Shown here in pieces: positions 51,201-63,600 of a DNA stretch of 64,000 nucleotides. The notes under the pieces were generated by a model that worked only from the letters and a program-made list of their open reading frames with translations, was not told the DNA's origin and did no database searches. The position numbers and the translations under genes are program-made. The stretch is from NCBI RefSeq assembly GCF_963921235.1, contig NC_086108.1:37388001-37452000 (forward strand), read 5' to 3'. The DNA comes from Mobula hypostoma (lineage: Eukaryota). Numbering within the stretch: position 1 is the stretch's first letter; each line of letters begins with the position of its first letter.

Positions 51201-51577
51201 AGAGGTCGTAGGACTCGACCCAGAGCGTGGCCATGATTTGAAAAAGCTCGGTAGATCGAAGGAGGATCAGCGAAAGGGGAACCAGGAGCTCCAACTTGTG
51301 TACATTAGACTTTTTCATTAAAATCGGCCCTTTTCTTTTTTTTTGCTTTTTCTTTACTAATCCTTTAGTCAAATTAAGAATTATAAAGCTAAATCATTTA
51401 ATAGCATGCAATGTACTCTCTGTTATTTCGTGGCACTCATTTGTAACAGGGTAACAAATCACACAGCATCCACACAAATGGGGGGGGGGGTTGGGGGCTT
51501 GCACTTCAATCTCTCATGTTTGGTGGCTGGAGATTGTCTTCCTGGACTTACGCAGCCAGCGGAACTAGAATGTGTCA
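45218..51577 (+). mobile_element. Gypsy retrotransposon B with PNMA-like gag, tRNA-Pro PBS and an internal pol deletion
   Basis: 5' LTR 45218-45236 + 47275-47775; 3' LTR 50999-51577; flanks TGGG/AGGG; PBS TGGGGGCTCGTCCAGGAT 47780-47797; PPT gggaggagag. gag LRLFSGTKPTPKGEEEYETW; RT start SPYASPIIVARKRNG...LDLRNGYYQI fused to the integrase C-terminus (PYIV...ILHRNHLL). Confidence 0.92.
45237..47274 (+). mobile_element. 5'-truncated Rex1/Babar LINE inserted in the 5' LTR of Gypsy B, TSD AAAGG
   Basis: ORFs 45527-47090 ([41 protein letters not shown]); tail aataaagttgaatctaatcta; AAAGG at 45232-45236 and 47275-47279. Confidence 0.92.
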
Positions 51578-53204
51578 AGGGTTCATTTGAATAAAGGGAA
51601 ATTGAATGTTCTGTTACAGTTTTATGTTACATTAATCTCAAGGGGGAGGAAGTGTAATATATGGACCTATTTCTCTCAGTGCAATGACTCCTTAGCACAG
51701 ATTATTGGCTAATAACTATGCATGTGCATTGATCCATTCTCTCTCACTCTGCAATGTGAATATACCAGTTAAGGCCACCTCCACATGTGTGCCTTTATTT
51801 TATTGATATGTAGTTGTACAGACACAGCAATAGGTAATGTTTTACTCAGAGAATGCTGGATGCCTGGAATGACCTGCTTGATATGGAGGCTTTTAAGAGA
51901 CACTTGAATAGGCTCATGGATGTGAGGAAGACAGAGGGATACGGACGTGGTGTAAGTAGCTGTGATTCGTGTTTGGGTGTTTTTGATTTGCTTTTCAGCT
52001 GGTTCAGCACAACATTGTGCGCTGAAGGGCCTATTCCTGTGCTGTATCGTTCTATCTTCTAAGTTCTATGTTTTCATAAGTAGAATGTGGAGGCACATGA
52101 AAAGATCCAGAGAAGATTTTTGAGGATAGTTTCCAGAATGAGGGATTGGAGGGACTCGAACGTTCTTCTTTAGAGATGGCGGCTGAAGAGAAATCTGAAA
52201 TCTATAAACGGATGAGCAGTGTGGACAGGGAGGATAGCAGGTGACTGTTCCCATTTATGGAGTGATCGAAGACGAGAAGTCACAGTAGACAAAAACAGCG
52301 AAAGGATTATGAGTGACATAAGGAATAACTGTTTCACACAATATGCTAAATGCACTTTTGGTGTACATGAGTTCCATTGTGATCCTTAAAAAGGCAATTG
52401 GATAGCTATGTGCTGGGGAAAACCTTTGTAAGACTGCAGAGGAAAAGCTCTCATTGAAACAACTGAGTGGCTCTGGTGGAGAGCTGATGCAAATACAATG
52501 ATTAAATGGTGGTCATTTTTGCTACAACCATTCTATAATTTCACAATAAAGATATTAGGCTAATTGATGAACTGAGCATCCAGTCTTCCTCAAGTAGATG
52601 ACTTACAGTATGCATCTAATTTTAATGATTCCTAAATCAAAAGCCTGCCAGACTTTGTCTGTAGTAGATGTAGGTGCTTATCTCTCTGTTTCCATCACTC
52701 TGACTCTATCTTTGCATTGTTCTTATTTTTATTTTATACCACAAGACATAGGAGCATATTAGGCTATTTAACTCATTGAATTTGCTCCACCATTTGATCA
52801 TGGCTGATTTATTTTCCCTCTCAACCCCATTTTCCTGCCTTCTCCCTACTATTGATAGGTTTACCATGGAAGTTCTCTTTGATACATTGCTGCAGAAAAC
52901 TGTCCCAAACACATTCAAAAACCTTACTTCCTTTCTGATGTGAGTTGGTCAATTGTGTAAATGTATAAATCAAAATTTGCTACTAAAATTGCACACGTCT
53001 AATCTCTGTAAGAGAACTAACACGGTGGAAACACTCAGCGTGTCAGATAGCATCTTGGGAAATGGAGTTATGTTTCAGGTCGAAGATCTTTTACCACATC
53101 TGACCTTAGCCTATTCTGTGCATTCACCTATTCTCCATTTCCTGCTAGGGTGTAATAAAAATATAAACATCAATTTAAAATTAAAAGTAGTAACCACTGT
53201 ATAT

Positions 53205-54665
53205 TAACTCCTTAAAAGAAAGTTCCCACTTGCTTCAAAAAGGCAACATTTATACCAGTGCCTAAGAAGGATAATGTGAGCTGCCTTAATGACTATCACC
53301 TGAGAGCACTCACATCTGCAGCGATGAAATACTTTGAGAGGTTGGTCATGTCTAGACTGAACTCCTGCCTCAGCAAGGACCTGGATCCATCGCAGTTTAC
53401 CTATCGCCACAATAGGTCAACGGCTGATGCAATCTCAATGGGTCATCACATGGCCTTAGACCACCTGGACAGCACAAACACCTATGTCAGGATGCTGTTC
53501 ATCGACTATAGCTCAGCATTTAATACCATCTTTCTCACAATCCTGATTGAGAAGTTACAGAACCTAGGCTTCTGTCCCTCCCTCTGCAATTGAATCACCT
53601 TCCTAACCGGAACACCACAATCTGTGTGGATTGGTGATAATATCCCCTCCTTGCTGATGATCAACACTGGTGCACCACAGGGGTATGTGTTTAGCCCACA
53701 GCTCTACTCTCTCTATACCCATGAATGTGTGGCTAGGCACAGCTCAAATACCAGCTATAAATTTGTTGATGATAAAATCATTGTTGGTAGAATCTCAGAT
53801 GGAGACGAGAGGGTACACAGGAGCAAAATATGCTAACTTGTGGAGTTGTGTCGCAGCAACAACCTGGCATTCAATGTCAGTAAGACGAAATAACTGATTG
53901 TGGACTTCAGGAAGGGTAAGATGAAGGAACACACACCAATCCTCATAGAGGGATTAGAAGTGCAGAGAGTGATCAGTTTCAAGTTCCTGGGTGTCAAGAT
54001 CTCTGAGGACCTAACCTGGTCCCAACATATTGAAGCAGTTATAAAGAAGGCAAGACAGCAACTATACTTCTTTGGGAGTTTGAAGAGATTTGGTACACCA
54101 ACAAATACACTCAAAAACCTCTATAGTTGTACCATGGAGAGCATTCTGACGGGCTGCATCACTGTCTGGTAGGGGGGCAGGTGGGCAACTGTATAGGACT
54201 GAAAGAAGCTGCAGAAGGTTGTAAATTTGGTCAGCTCCATCTTGGGTACTGGCCTTCAAACTACCCAGGACATCTTCAAGAAGCAGTGTCTCAGAAAGGT
54301 AGCATCCATTGTTAAGGACCTCCAACACCCAGGGCATGCCCTTTTCTCACTGTTACCATCAGGTAGGATGTACAGAAACCTGAAGGCACACACTCAGCGA
54401 TTCAGGAACAGTTTCTTCCCCTCTGCCATCTGATTCCGAAATGGACATTGAACCCATGAACACGACCTCACTTTATTAATATACAATTATTTCTGTTTTT
54501 TGAACAATTTGTAATCTATTCAATATACGTATACTGTAATTGATTTACTTATTATTATTATTTTATTTTTCTTCTTCTTCTACATTATGTATTGCATTGA
54601 ACTGCTGCTGCTAAGTTAACAAATTTCATGACACATACTGGGGATAATAAGCCTGATTCTGATCT
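53205..54665 (+). mobile_element. Rex1/Babar LINE 3' portion, degraded
   Basis: ORFs 53258-53593 ([10 protein letters not shown]), 53900-54172 and 54227-54433; tail aataagcctgattctgat. Confidence 0.88.
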
Positions 54666-55009
54666 ACGCTTCTCATAATTTAAGTGTCTCGATAAAGCTG
54701 AACCTAATTTTCTTATGTTCACAGGAATAAAGACAAAGCCTGACCAAGTTCTCCCTATAATGTTAGGCCCTCTGGTCTATGAAACATCCTCATAAAAGTT
54801 TTGAAAAGGTTTTTGACAGTGTTATATATTGAGTACAATTTTTACTTTGCATGTGTGTGAATGCTACCAAACATCACCTGAAATTCAGGCTTGGCATCTG
54901 GCATTATACACATCCGCACTCAAAGTGACAAGTATTGGGGAAACATACTAATAAATCAAGATGGTACAACTTTTATTTGGAAGGGGAGAATAAGAGAAAT
55001 AGCAAGTTG

Positions 55010-55500
55010 ATCACAAACACGAGCAAATCTGCAGATGCTGGAGATCTGAAGCAACGTACACACAAAATGCTGAAGGAACTCAGCAGGTCAGGCAGCATCT
55101 ATGGAAAAAAGTAAACATTCGATGTTTTGGGCTGAGACCCTTCTGCAGGCCTGAGAGGGAAAGGGGGAGATTCCTGAATTAAAAGGTGGGGGATGGGAAA
55201 GAGGCTAGCTGGAAGGTGATAGGTGAAGGCAGGAGGGTGGGAAAGGTCAAGGGCTGGATAAAGAATCTGGTAGGTGGGGAGAGTGGACCATGGGAGAAAG
55301 GGAAGGAGGGGGAGACCCGGGTGTGGATGTAATGAGAAGAAGCAAAAGGTCAGAATAGGGAATAGAGGAAGAGGGGATGGGGGAATTTTCTTCATCAGAA
55401 GGTGAAATTGATATTCATACCATCAGATTGGAGGGTACCCAGATTCAATATAAGGTGCTGCTCCTCCACCCTGAGGGTGGCCTCATCTTGGCACAAGAGG
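55010..55500 (-). mobile_element. Penelope-like element 3' end (GIY-YIG C-terminal remnant + degenerate hammerhead)
   Basis: CQDEATLRVEEQHLILNLGTLQSDGMNINF; the core is mutated to CTGCAGAagggtctcagcccAAAAC. Confidence 0.75.
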
Positions 55501-55519
55501 ACTGAACAATGATAGAGAT

Positions 55520-56200
55520 ATAAATTTGATGTTGTGCAGAGGTTTTCAGAATCATAACTGATCCATGCTGACCAAGGTGTCCACCTCAGACAGTTCCAGT
55601 TTACCCATATTCTCCTGCAGCTCATTACATATATCTCTGCTTTTTGATCTTTTCCCTCTCACCTTAAACTAGTTTTAGACTTACCTGCTCTAAGAAGAAG
55701 ACTGCGACAATCCACTTTATAAATGCCCCTCATAATTTAATGAACCTCTATAAGATCACCTGTTAGTCTTCTCTGCTCCAAATAAAATAGTCCCAGCCTA
55801 TTCATTCTCTCCTTATAATTCTAGTCCCAGCAACATCCCCCTTGAAATTTTCCTGCATCCTACCTGGCTTAATCACATGCTTCTTAAAGTACTGTATTAC
55901 GATCAGAAATGCACATATTACAGATAGACTTGTTAATGTCCTGTACTGCTGTAACATTACATCCCAACTCTTGTACTCAGTAGCCCATCTGATGAAGGCA
56001 ACCACACCACATACATTCTAAAAAATCTTGTCTATGTCGCCTCTTTCAGGGAACTATTCCAATCTCTCTGTTCAACAACACCCTGTAGCCTTGTCAATTA
56101 CAATGTATGTCCTGTTCTGGTTTATCTTCCCAAAATGCATCACTACACACTTACCTGAGTTACATTCTTCGCTTAGTTCCCAATTGATCTTCTGTTGTAA
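55520..56200 (-). mobile_element. Old CR1 3' fragment
   Basis: ORF 55802-56005 VAFIRWATEYKSWDVMLQ matches the CR1 post-RT region. Confidence 0.7.
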
Positions 56201-56309
56201 CCTTGGATACAAGCCCCTGATCATGCCAGGGCCCTTTTCCTTCTACTATACAAGGTCTACTGCCTATAGTAACCTGTGTTCACTTACAGCTATGCACTCA
56301 GACACATTT

Positions 56310-59300
56310 TAAAGTATTAGTATGAAATAATTGTTGAGCTTATCATAAATTTAATTATCTTTTAGCTTTTAATAGCAAAAAACTGATATACCAGTACAAT
56401 GATCCAAATATTGTAGACGATGCAATATGCGAGACACACGTGCAATTAAAAAATCATTTAGTTGCGAAACCAAAATTTAATAATTCAACATTTGGCAATT
56501 TGAATAGCTTCTGAACAAATTATGTTATGCAATTAAATGACCAGGAAGGAAATATAAATTACGAACACGTGAATCAAAATAGTATGAGAGAGTACAATTT
56601 TTTAGACACTAAAGTTGCATTATCTTTTCGATTCTTTCATTAAATTATAAAAGAGCATTCCAGACAACAACTTAAGCTATTGATCCTTCGGCTACTGATG
56701 TTTCACGGAATCTGATATTGTTTAAACAGTTTTATGCATGGACAGTATTGTCAGATATATTTGAGTACATTATTAACAACAATAGAGAAGCAGTGTATGA
56801 AGTAGTATAGGACTGGGTGCTTTGAAATGAATCAAAAAGCTACAGTAATGGCTTTAGGGTCCAAAATTAACAGTGATCTGCCAAATCAAAGCAGATATAT
56901 TTTATATTGGAACAACAAGTCAGAAGACAATTGATCCAATAGGCCACTGGATTCCGTTTAGCATCTGCTAATTGCACTGTGCTCCTGCATGCAGCAAGTT
57001 TAATGTGCAAACTTTCTGGTCACAGTCTCCTACAGTTATTTGTGGGAGAGTTAAACATATTTGCAGTTTATATTTTTTTCATGAGAGCTAATATAAGGCA
57101 GGCTAGTGACAAATCAGCCACAAACCATCTTGCCTCATAGCTCTGTTAACTTAATTCCCCTGAAATGTGATATTTTAACTGCACTCTCATGTTTTGTATG
57201 CAGTTTGTTTCTCGTTCAAAGTTTATTGTCTGTTGTCTTTTTTTATACTCAGTTCAGCAAAAACAGATTGAAAAATCTTCAACTGGTCCTAAAATGGATT
57301 ATCAGATTTAAGTTTCATTGCTGCTTAGTGATATTACAAAATGACTGGGTATTTCAATAGTCTTTGCCAGTTCATTCTTTTTGCAACTAAAAGTTGATCA
57401 ACATGCCATGTTTAAATCTCTGTCCATTCTGTTCTCACCATTTGCAAGTTCAACTGCGTTTGCATTAAAAATAACTTGCAAATATTTCATACTTCCCATT
57501 TCACTTAAACATTCCACCACAACTTGATACAAGATAAACACAAATCTTCTGAATGCCTCCAGTTTTTCTTTGGCTTGTATTTCACAATGTTCCTTCAGGC
57601 ATACCATTAGTCACCCTTTATTCCTCACTGACTGGAAACTATAGGCCAAATTTAAACCAACGATGAGCTAGCTTGTTCAGAGCACATCGTAAATTCAAGT
57701 ATGTAACACCCTGGTGAGAAAGTGTCTTGCAAATGTGAGTTTATAATTTGATTCTTGTCATCTGATTGTGTGCTTACAAAGTCGAAAATCAAGATTTGCT
57801 TCCACACTACTACCCTTCCTCTCTTTCTCCAGCTCCAGTTCTCCCAGAAGTTGTAACATTGGATAATCCATGTATTTCTCAAATAGTGTAGTAACGTTAT
57901 TATGAATTTGACAAAAACTGTAGAAAAAATGAGTATTTTTAAAATCAGCAATGAAGATTGAAACCTGAAAAGGTTAATATTGAAGACCAACAAAACAGAG
58001 CACTATTTCTGAAACTATACTTCCCAGTTCCTATTTAGAAATGGTATGAGATTTGTTTCAAAGTTAAAGCGTTCAGATTTAAATAACAGTCAGGTTTAAG
58101 AGTTAATGGTGGTGAGTCTGGTGTTTCTTATTCAAAACATCACTCAATTGTGGAAAGCGCTGCTTCCAAGTTTGATGGCGTTGCCTCCTGGCAGTCATGT
58201 ACATTCCAGAATGTAAATTAGAGGCAGGATTTTGGCTGCCTGATTTGTCCCTGTCCAAATTCAGACCAATTTTTCTGTTCAAGTAATAGATCAGTTATAG
58301 GTTCAGTACTATAGCACTTCAGTTATCCTGCAGAGTTGTTAATTTACCTGTCGGTGAGGTAACCTGTTATATTCTATTCAAGATTCAAGACCACACAATC
58401 ATGTCTTTGTTCACTCAGTCAAAAGCAAAGTAAACAAAAAGTACTTAATATATATTAATATAATTTATATTATGTTACTTTTTTGGCAAATTACATATAA
58501 TACATTTTGTATAATATTTAATAGAAAACATTTAAATAATTTCTTCACAAATATTCAAAAGGACCACATCCAATATTTTATTCGTCATCCTTGTTTACAC
58601 TTTAGATTTATAGAGATGTGGTCTGTGTTGTTCAATACACATCATAGTTGTTGTTATCTGTAGTTACTGTCCTTGGAGGGTCCACTTTTATTTAAAAATT
58701 CTGCAACTTGTCTAAATTCTACAATTATCCATCACGGTGAATAGTTGGAAAATTTTCTTTAATGGTGCCCAGAGCATTTGACACCATTTGGATGATCAAT
58801 GGCATGAAATACAATAGGACCAGGTTACATTGGAAACCTGGAAGATCAGCAGCCTGAAATAAATCCTTATATGATGTCTGTGTACCAGAAAAGTTATTGG
58901 TTTAAAGGAGGACAGAATTTAGACAATTAAATGTTGGTCTTGGTCATTAGGCATTGATTAGGTGTGTTATGGATGCCAGTATTCAACTTTATGGAAATCT
59001 CAGAAACTACTCTATTCTCAGTGAAGTACTACATTGTGACAGAGCTCCACGGTGACATTTCATGACTTCTTGATGCAGCCTCCCCAGCTGTGTTACATTA
59101 AATACTTGCCCCTGGGAAATAAGCTGTGGGAGGGAGTGGTGAGTGAGACTGAGTAGGAGAATTCCTGCTAATGTAAATTCCCCATTGTTCTTCTGAGACA
59201 AGATATGATTTAGTTTAAGGTTTATGAAGTTATTTTATATTGAGAGACCAAAATACAGATAAGTGCAAATGACTTATATATGTGAAATTACTTGTAACAT

Positions 59301-59747
59301 AATACTTGAATACCATTATATGTTAATAACTAGTTGCTTTCCAGTAAACCTGCCATGTTTTCCATTAATAGATACGCTTGTTCATATAGAGGACTCATTT
59401 GCTGTCAGATTTTAATACTCTGCAAAAGATTGCTAGAAATGGAATTAATTTCACTGCATTTCTTGCATTATGTGTTTCCTAGTTATAATAATATTTTAAG
59501 AAACAGGGCCACAATGACAGCATATGGCTAGGAATTAATGAAAAGGTTTAAACTTACCTGAATCACTCAGACTTTGTGAATTAGATGATTGGCCATACAT
59601 TGGTTTAATTGATTCTGTCCCAGTTTATAGTGCTTCCAACAAGCCACTAACAGTAATGTGTTTCTTACCTAGCCACTTTAATGCTGAAAACCCTAAAAAT
59701 TCTCACTGAAGTTTGTTGTAGTATTTTTAATAATGCTGACCCGTTAA
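56310..59747 (-). other. Candidate 3' UTR of the KCNT2-like gene (true end unknown)
   Basis: Directly follows the stop codon; AT-rich with no recognisable TE for about 3.4 kb. Minus-strand AATAAA near 58687, 58577, 57617 and 57222. Confidence 0.5.
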
Positions 59748-59865
59748 CTAAAGCTGGGTGTTTTCCTTTGTATCCCGTCCACCTTCGTTATTTTCACAAG
59801 TGCTGATCTTGAGATTGGGTTTACTGTTTGGGACATAAGCCAAAGGATCAGGCCGGATCAGGTAG
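59748..59865 (-). CDS. KCNT2: Terminal coding exon of a Slo2 sodium-activated potassium channel, most like KCNT2 (Slick)
   Basis: Strong acceptor ttctaattcttcttgtgtctaacag, then C + [41 protein letters not shown]. This matches the KCNT2 C-terminus as I recall it ([14 protein letters not shown]...ETQL) better than KCNT1 (YLIRSDPLAH). Confidence 0.88.
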
Positions 59866-60649
59866 CTGTTAGACACAAGAAGAATTAGAAATTTAATTGA
59901 ACAATTGATATAAAAGAGAAAATAATTTAAACAGGAAGAAAGCTGAGAAATTCAAAGTGCCAATGCCTTACATCTGTAGAAATTTCTTTGGCATTTACTA
60001 TTCATGTGCATTATTAATAAATGCTGAAATTAGAATGCATATCCTCTTATTCCAAGCACTTAATTATATTAAACAACATAATTGAAATCTTTATTTGCTC
60101 TGAAATGGAAATCCATCAAAATGTAAAGGTTTAAGGTTTTATGGAACAGTAATGTATGATAAAAAGAGGACATGGGCGACATTTAATTTTTATATCATAG
60201 AAGTATTAACTTAGTGAAGGTCCATCATATTTAACTCAAGATAAGCTCATCATTCAATTCTGAAAATACTCAGAAACATTAATAAATTTGCTTAAACCAT
60301 TTTGCGATCAATTCTCATAGATCTAATAATTCAATTCAGTAATATTATCATTACGAAAGGCTATTTCCAAGATATTTGGATATTCCTTGACTTTACTGAA
60401 AGAAAACAGTTTCTATCACTATTTAAACCATATTCAGGTTCTATTAATGCAAGAGGAACTGCATTTATTTGACTATTCTACCAGTTCTTTACGTTAATAC
60501 AGATTGTCAAAATGACTCTGGTAAAGTTCAAGATCCATAGTTACTGATAGATTAACTTTGTACGTCACATGTATATTTAAACATACACTGAAAAGCATGG
60601 TCTGTGTCAATGACCAACACAGACTGAGTATGTGCTGGAGGCAGCCCAA

Positions 60650-63600
60650 GTGACATCGGAGCAGAATTAGGTCATTCAGCCCATCAAGTCTGCTCCACCA
60701 TTTTTCATGGCTGACCCATTTCCCTCTCAAACTTTCGTGCCCTGACTAAATCAAGAACCTATCAACCTCTGCCAGTAATACATCTAATGAGCCGGCCTTC
60801 ACAGTTGCCACAGGCAACAAATTCCAAAGATTCACCTCTCTCTGGCTAACAAAATTCCTCCTCATCTCTGTTCTAAATGGACATCCTTCTATTCTGAGTC
60901 TGTGCAATCTAGTTCCAGACTCCCCCACCATTGGAAACATCCTCTCCACATCCATTCTATCAAGACCTTTCAATATTCAATAGGTTTCAGTGAGATCTCT
61001 CCTTATTCTTCTAAATTCCAGTGCATAAAAGCCCATTGCTCCTCAAAAGATAAGCCTTTCATTCCCAGAATCATTCTTATGAACCTCCTCTGAACCCTCT
61101 CCAATATTAGCACTTTTTCTTAAATAGTGGGTCCAAAACTGCTCACAATACTCCTAGTGAGGACTCACCAGTGTCTTATAAAGCCTCAGGAATACATTCT
61201 TACTTTTGCGGTATATTCTAGTCCTCTCAAAATGAATGTCAACATTGCATTTGCCTTCATCACCATTGACTCAAACTGTCAATTAACTTTTAGGGAATCC
61301 TGGACAAAGACTCACAAGACCCTTTGCACCTTAGAATCTTGAATTGTCTCCCCAGTTAGAAAATAGTCTATGTTTTTATTCCTTCTACCAAATTGCAAGA
61401 CCATATACTTCCTGACAATATTCCATTTGTCATCACTTTGCCTATTCTCATAATCTGTCCAAGTCCTTCTGCAGCCTCCCTACTTCCTCAACACTACCTG
61501 CTTCTCCATCTATCTTCATAATCATCTGCAAACTTGGCCACAAAGCCATCAGTTTCATCATCTAATGCTCTACCCATGCTAGATTTGTTCCCGTAATATC
61601 ATGGGCTGTTATCTTGTTAAGCACCCTCATGTGCAGCACTCTGTCAGAGGCCTTCTGAAAATCCATGTGCATAAAATCCACTGATTCTCCTTTGTCTATC
61701 CTTCTTGTTATTTCCTCAAAGAATTCCAACAGATCTGTCAGGCAAGCCTTTCCCTTAAAGAAACCATGCTGACTTTGACCTATTTTATCGTATGCCTCCT
61801 AGTACCCCAAAACCACATCCTCGACAGTTGACTCCAACATCTTCCTAACCACTGAGGTCAGGCTAACTGGCCTCTAATCTCCTCTCTTCTACCTCCATCC
61901 CTTCTTGAAGATTGGAGTGATATTTGTAATTTTCCAGTCCTCCGGAACCATTCCAGAATCTAGCAATTCTTGAAAGATCATTATTAATGGCTCCACAATC
62001 TCTTTAGCTACCTCTTTCAGAACCCTGGGGTGTAATCTATCGGGTCCAGGTAACTTATCTACCTGCCGACCTTTCAGATTCCAAAGCATCATCTCCCTAG
62101 TAATAGCAACTGCAGTCATTTCTGTCCCCTGATACTCTTGACCTTCCAGGATACTGCTAGCATCTTCCACAGTAAAGACTGATGCAAAATACTTATTCAG
62201 TTCGTATATCATTTCCTTATCCCTATTACAACCTCTCCAGCATCATTTTCCAGTGGTCCAATATCTACTCTTACTTCTCTTTTACTCTTTATATCTCTGA
62301 AAAACTTTTTGGTATCCTCTTTGATATTATTGGCTCGCTTACCATCATATTTCATTGTTTTCCCCCCTTATGGTTTTTTCAGTTGCCTTGCATTTGTTTT
62401 AAAATTTTCCCAATCTTCTAACTTCCCATTAATTTTTGCTCTTTTATATGCAATCTTTTTTGCTTTTATGTTGGCTTTGACTTCCCTTGTCCACTACAGT
62501 TGTGTCATCCTACATTTAGAATACTTTTTTGGGATGTATCTATCCTGCTCCTTTCAAATTCCTCCCAGAAACTGAAGCCATTGCTGCTGTTCTGTCATCT
62601 CTGCTAGTATCTGCTTCCAATCGATTTTGGCCAGTAACTCTCTCACACCTCTGTATTTCCATTTACTCCACTGTAATGCTGATGTATCTAACTTTAGTAT
62701 CTCTCTCTCAAATTGCAGAGTGAATTCTCTCATAATATGATCACTGACTCCTAAGGGTTCCTTTACCTTAAGGTCCTTACACAAATTCTGTTCTTTACAC
62801 AACAAGTGTAAAGAACAGTGTGCTCTAGTGTGCTCTACCACAAGTGTAGGCATTCTAAAATTCACTTTCTTGGGATCCAACACCAACCTGATTTCCCCAA
62901 TCTGAATGCATATTAAAATTCCCCATGACTATTGTAACATCGCCTTTTTGACATGACTTTTCTATCTCGTGTTATAATTTGTAGCCCATATCCTGGCTAC
63001 TGTTCAGAGGCTTGTATATTACTCCCATCAGGGTCTTTAAAATTGTTGTAATTTCTTAACTCTACCATAAAGGATTCTACATCTCTCGATCCTAGACACC
63101 TCTTTCTAAGTACTTGATTTCATATTTTACTAATTGAGCCATGCCATCACCTCTGACGATGTCCCTGTTCTTTCAATACAATATGTATCCCAGGATGTTA
63201 AGCTCCCAACTATAATCTTCTTTCATCACAGATCAGTGATCCCCAATTGGTCATACCTGTCAATCTCTAACTGAGTTACAAAATCATCTACCCTATTGTA
63301 TACTCTGTGGATTCAAATATAATACCTTCGTCCCCATATCCATCAACCTTTTCAATTTTGTCCAACTTTTACACAGCAACTCATCCAACTGGCTGCAGTT
63401 TTTCCCTATCATCTGATTGTCCTTCCTGACAGCCTTACTACACACTGCCTCTGCTTGTAAACCAACAGCCCCATCACTCCATTTCCCATCCCCCTGCCAA
63501 ATTAGTTTAAACATTCCCCAATAGGTCTAGCACACCTGCCTGCAAGGGTAGAGGTCCCACGTTGTAACCCGTCCCTTTTGAACAGGTCATACCTTCCCCA

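Larger units (their letters stand above)
39078..51829 (+). mobile_element. Full-length but degraded Gypsy retrotransposon A (Mag-like): gag-PR-RT-RH-IN, carrying three direct insertions
   Basis: LTRs 39078-39266 and 51653-51829; PPT agggggaggaag. gag 39609-39884 (IAERFRFHKRNQ), CCHC knuckles 41000-41120, PR (MDTGSA), RT (CYLDDII near 43030), integrase HHCC 44060-44359. Confidence 0.92.
37865..52045 (+). mobile_element. CR1 LINE (37865-39077 + 51830-52045), host of the nested Gypsy complex
   Basis: RT remnants at 38098-38445 (IDFSEAFDKVPH, FADE). The sequence resumes after the 3' LTR with gtttttactcagagaatgctggatgcctggaat and a CR1 3' UTR. Confidence 0.88.

Noticed and set aside
39073..51834. 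TSD for Gypsy A
   Set aside because: The flanks AGGGG and ATAGG match too poorly to call. The element is supported by its LTRs and host continuity instead.
57398..57993. Minus-strand ORFs downstream of the KCNT2-like stop
   Set aside because: No recognisable homology; they look like chance ORFs in AT-rich UTR-like sequence.
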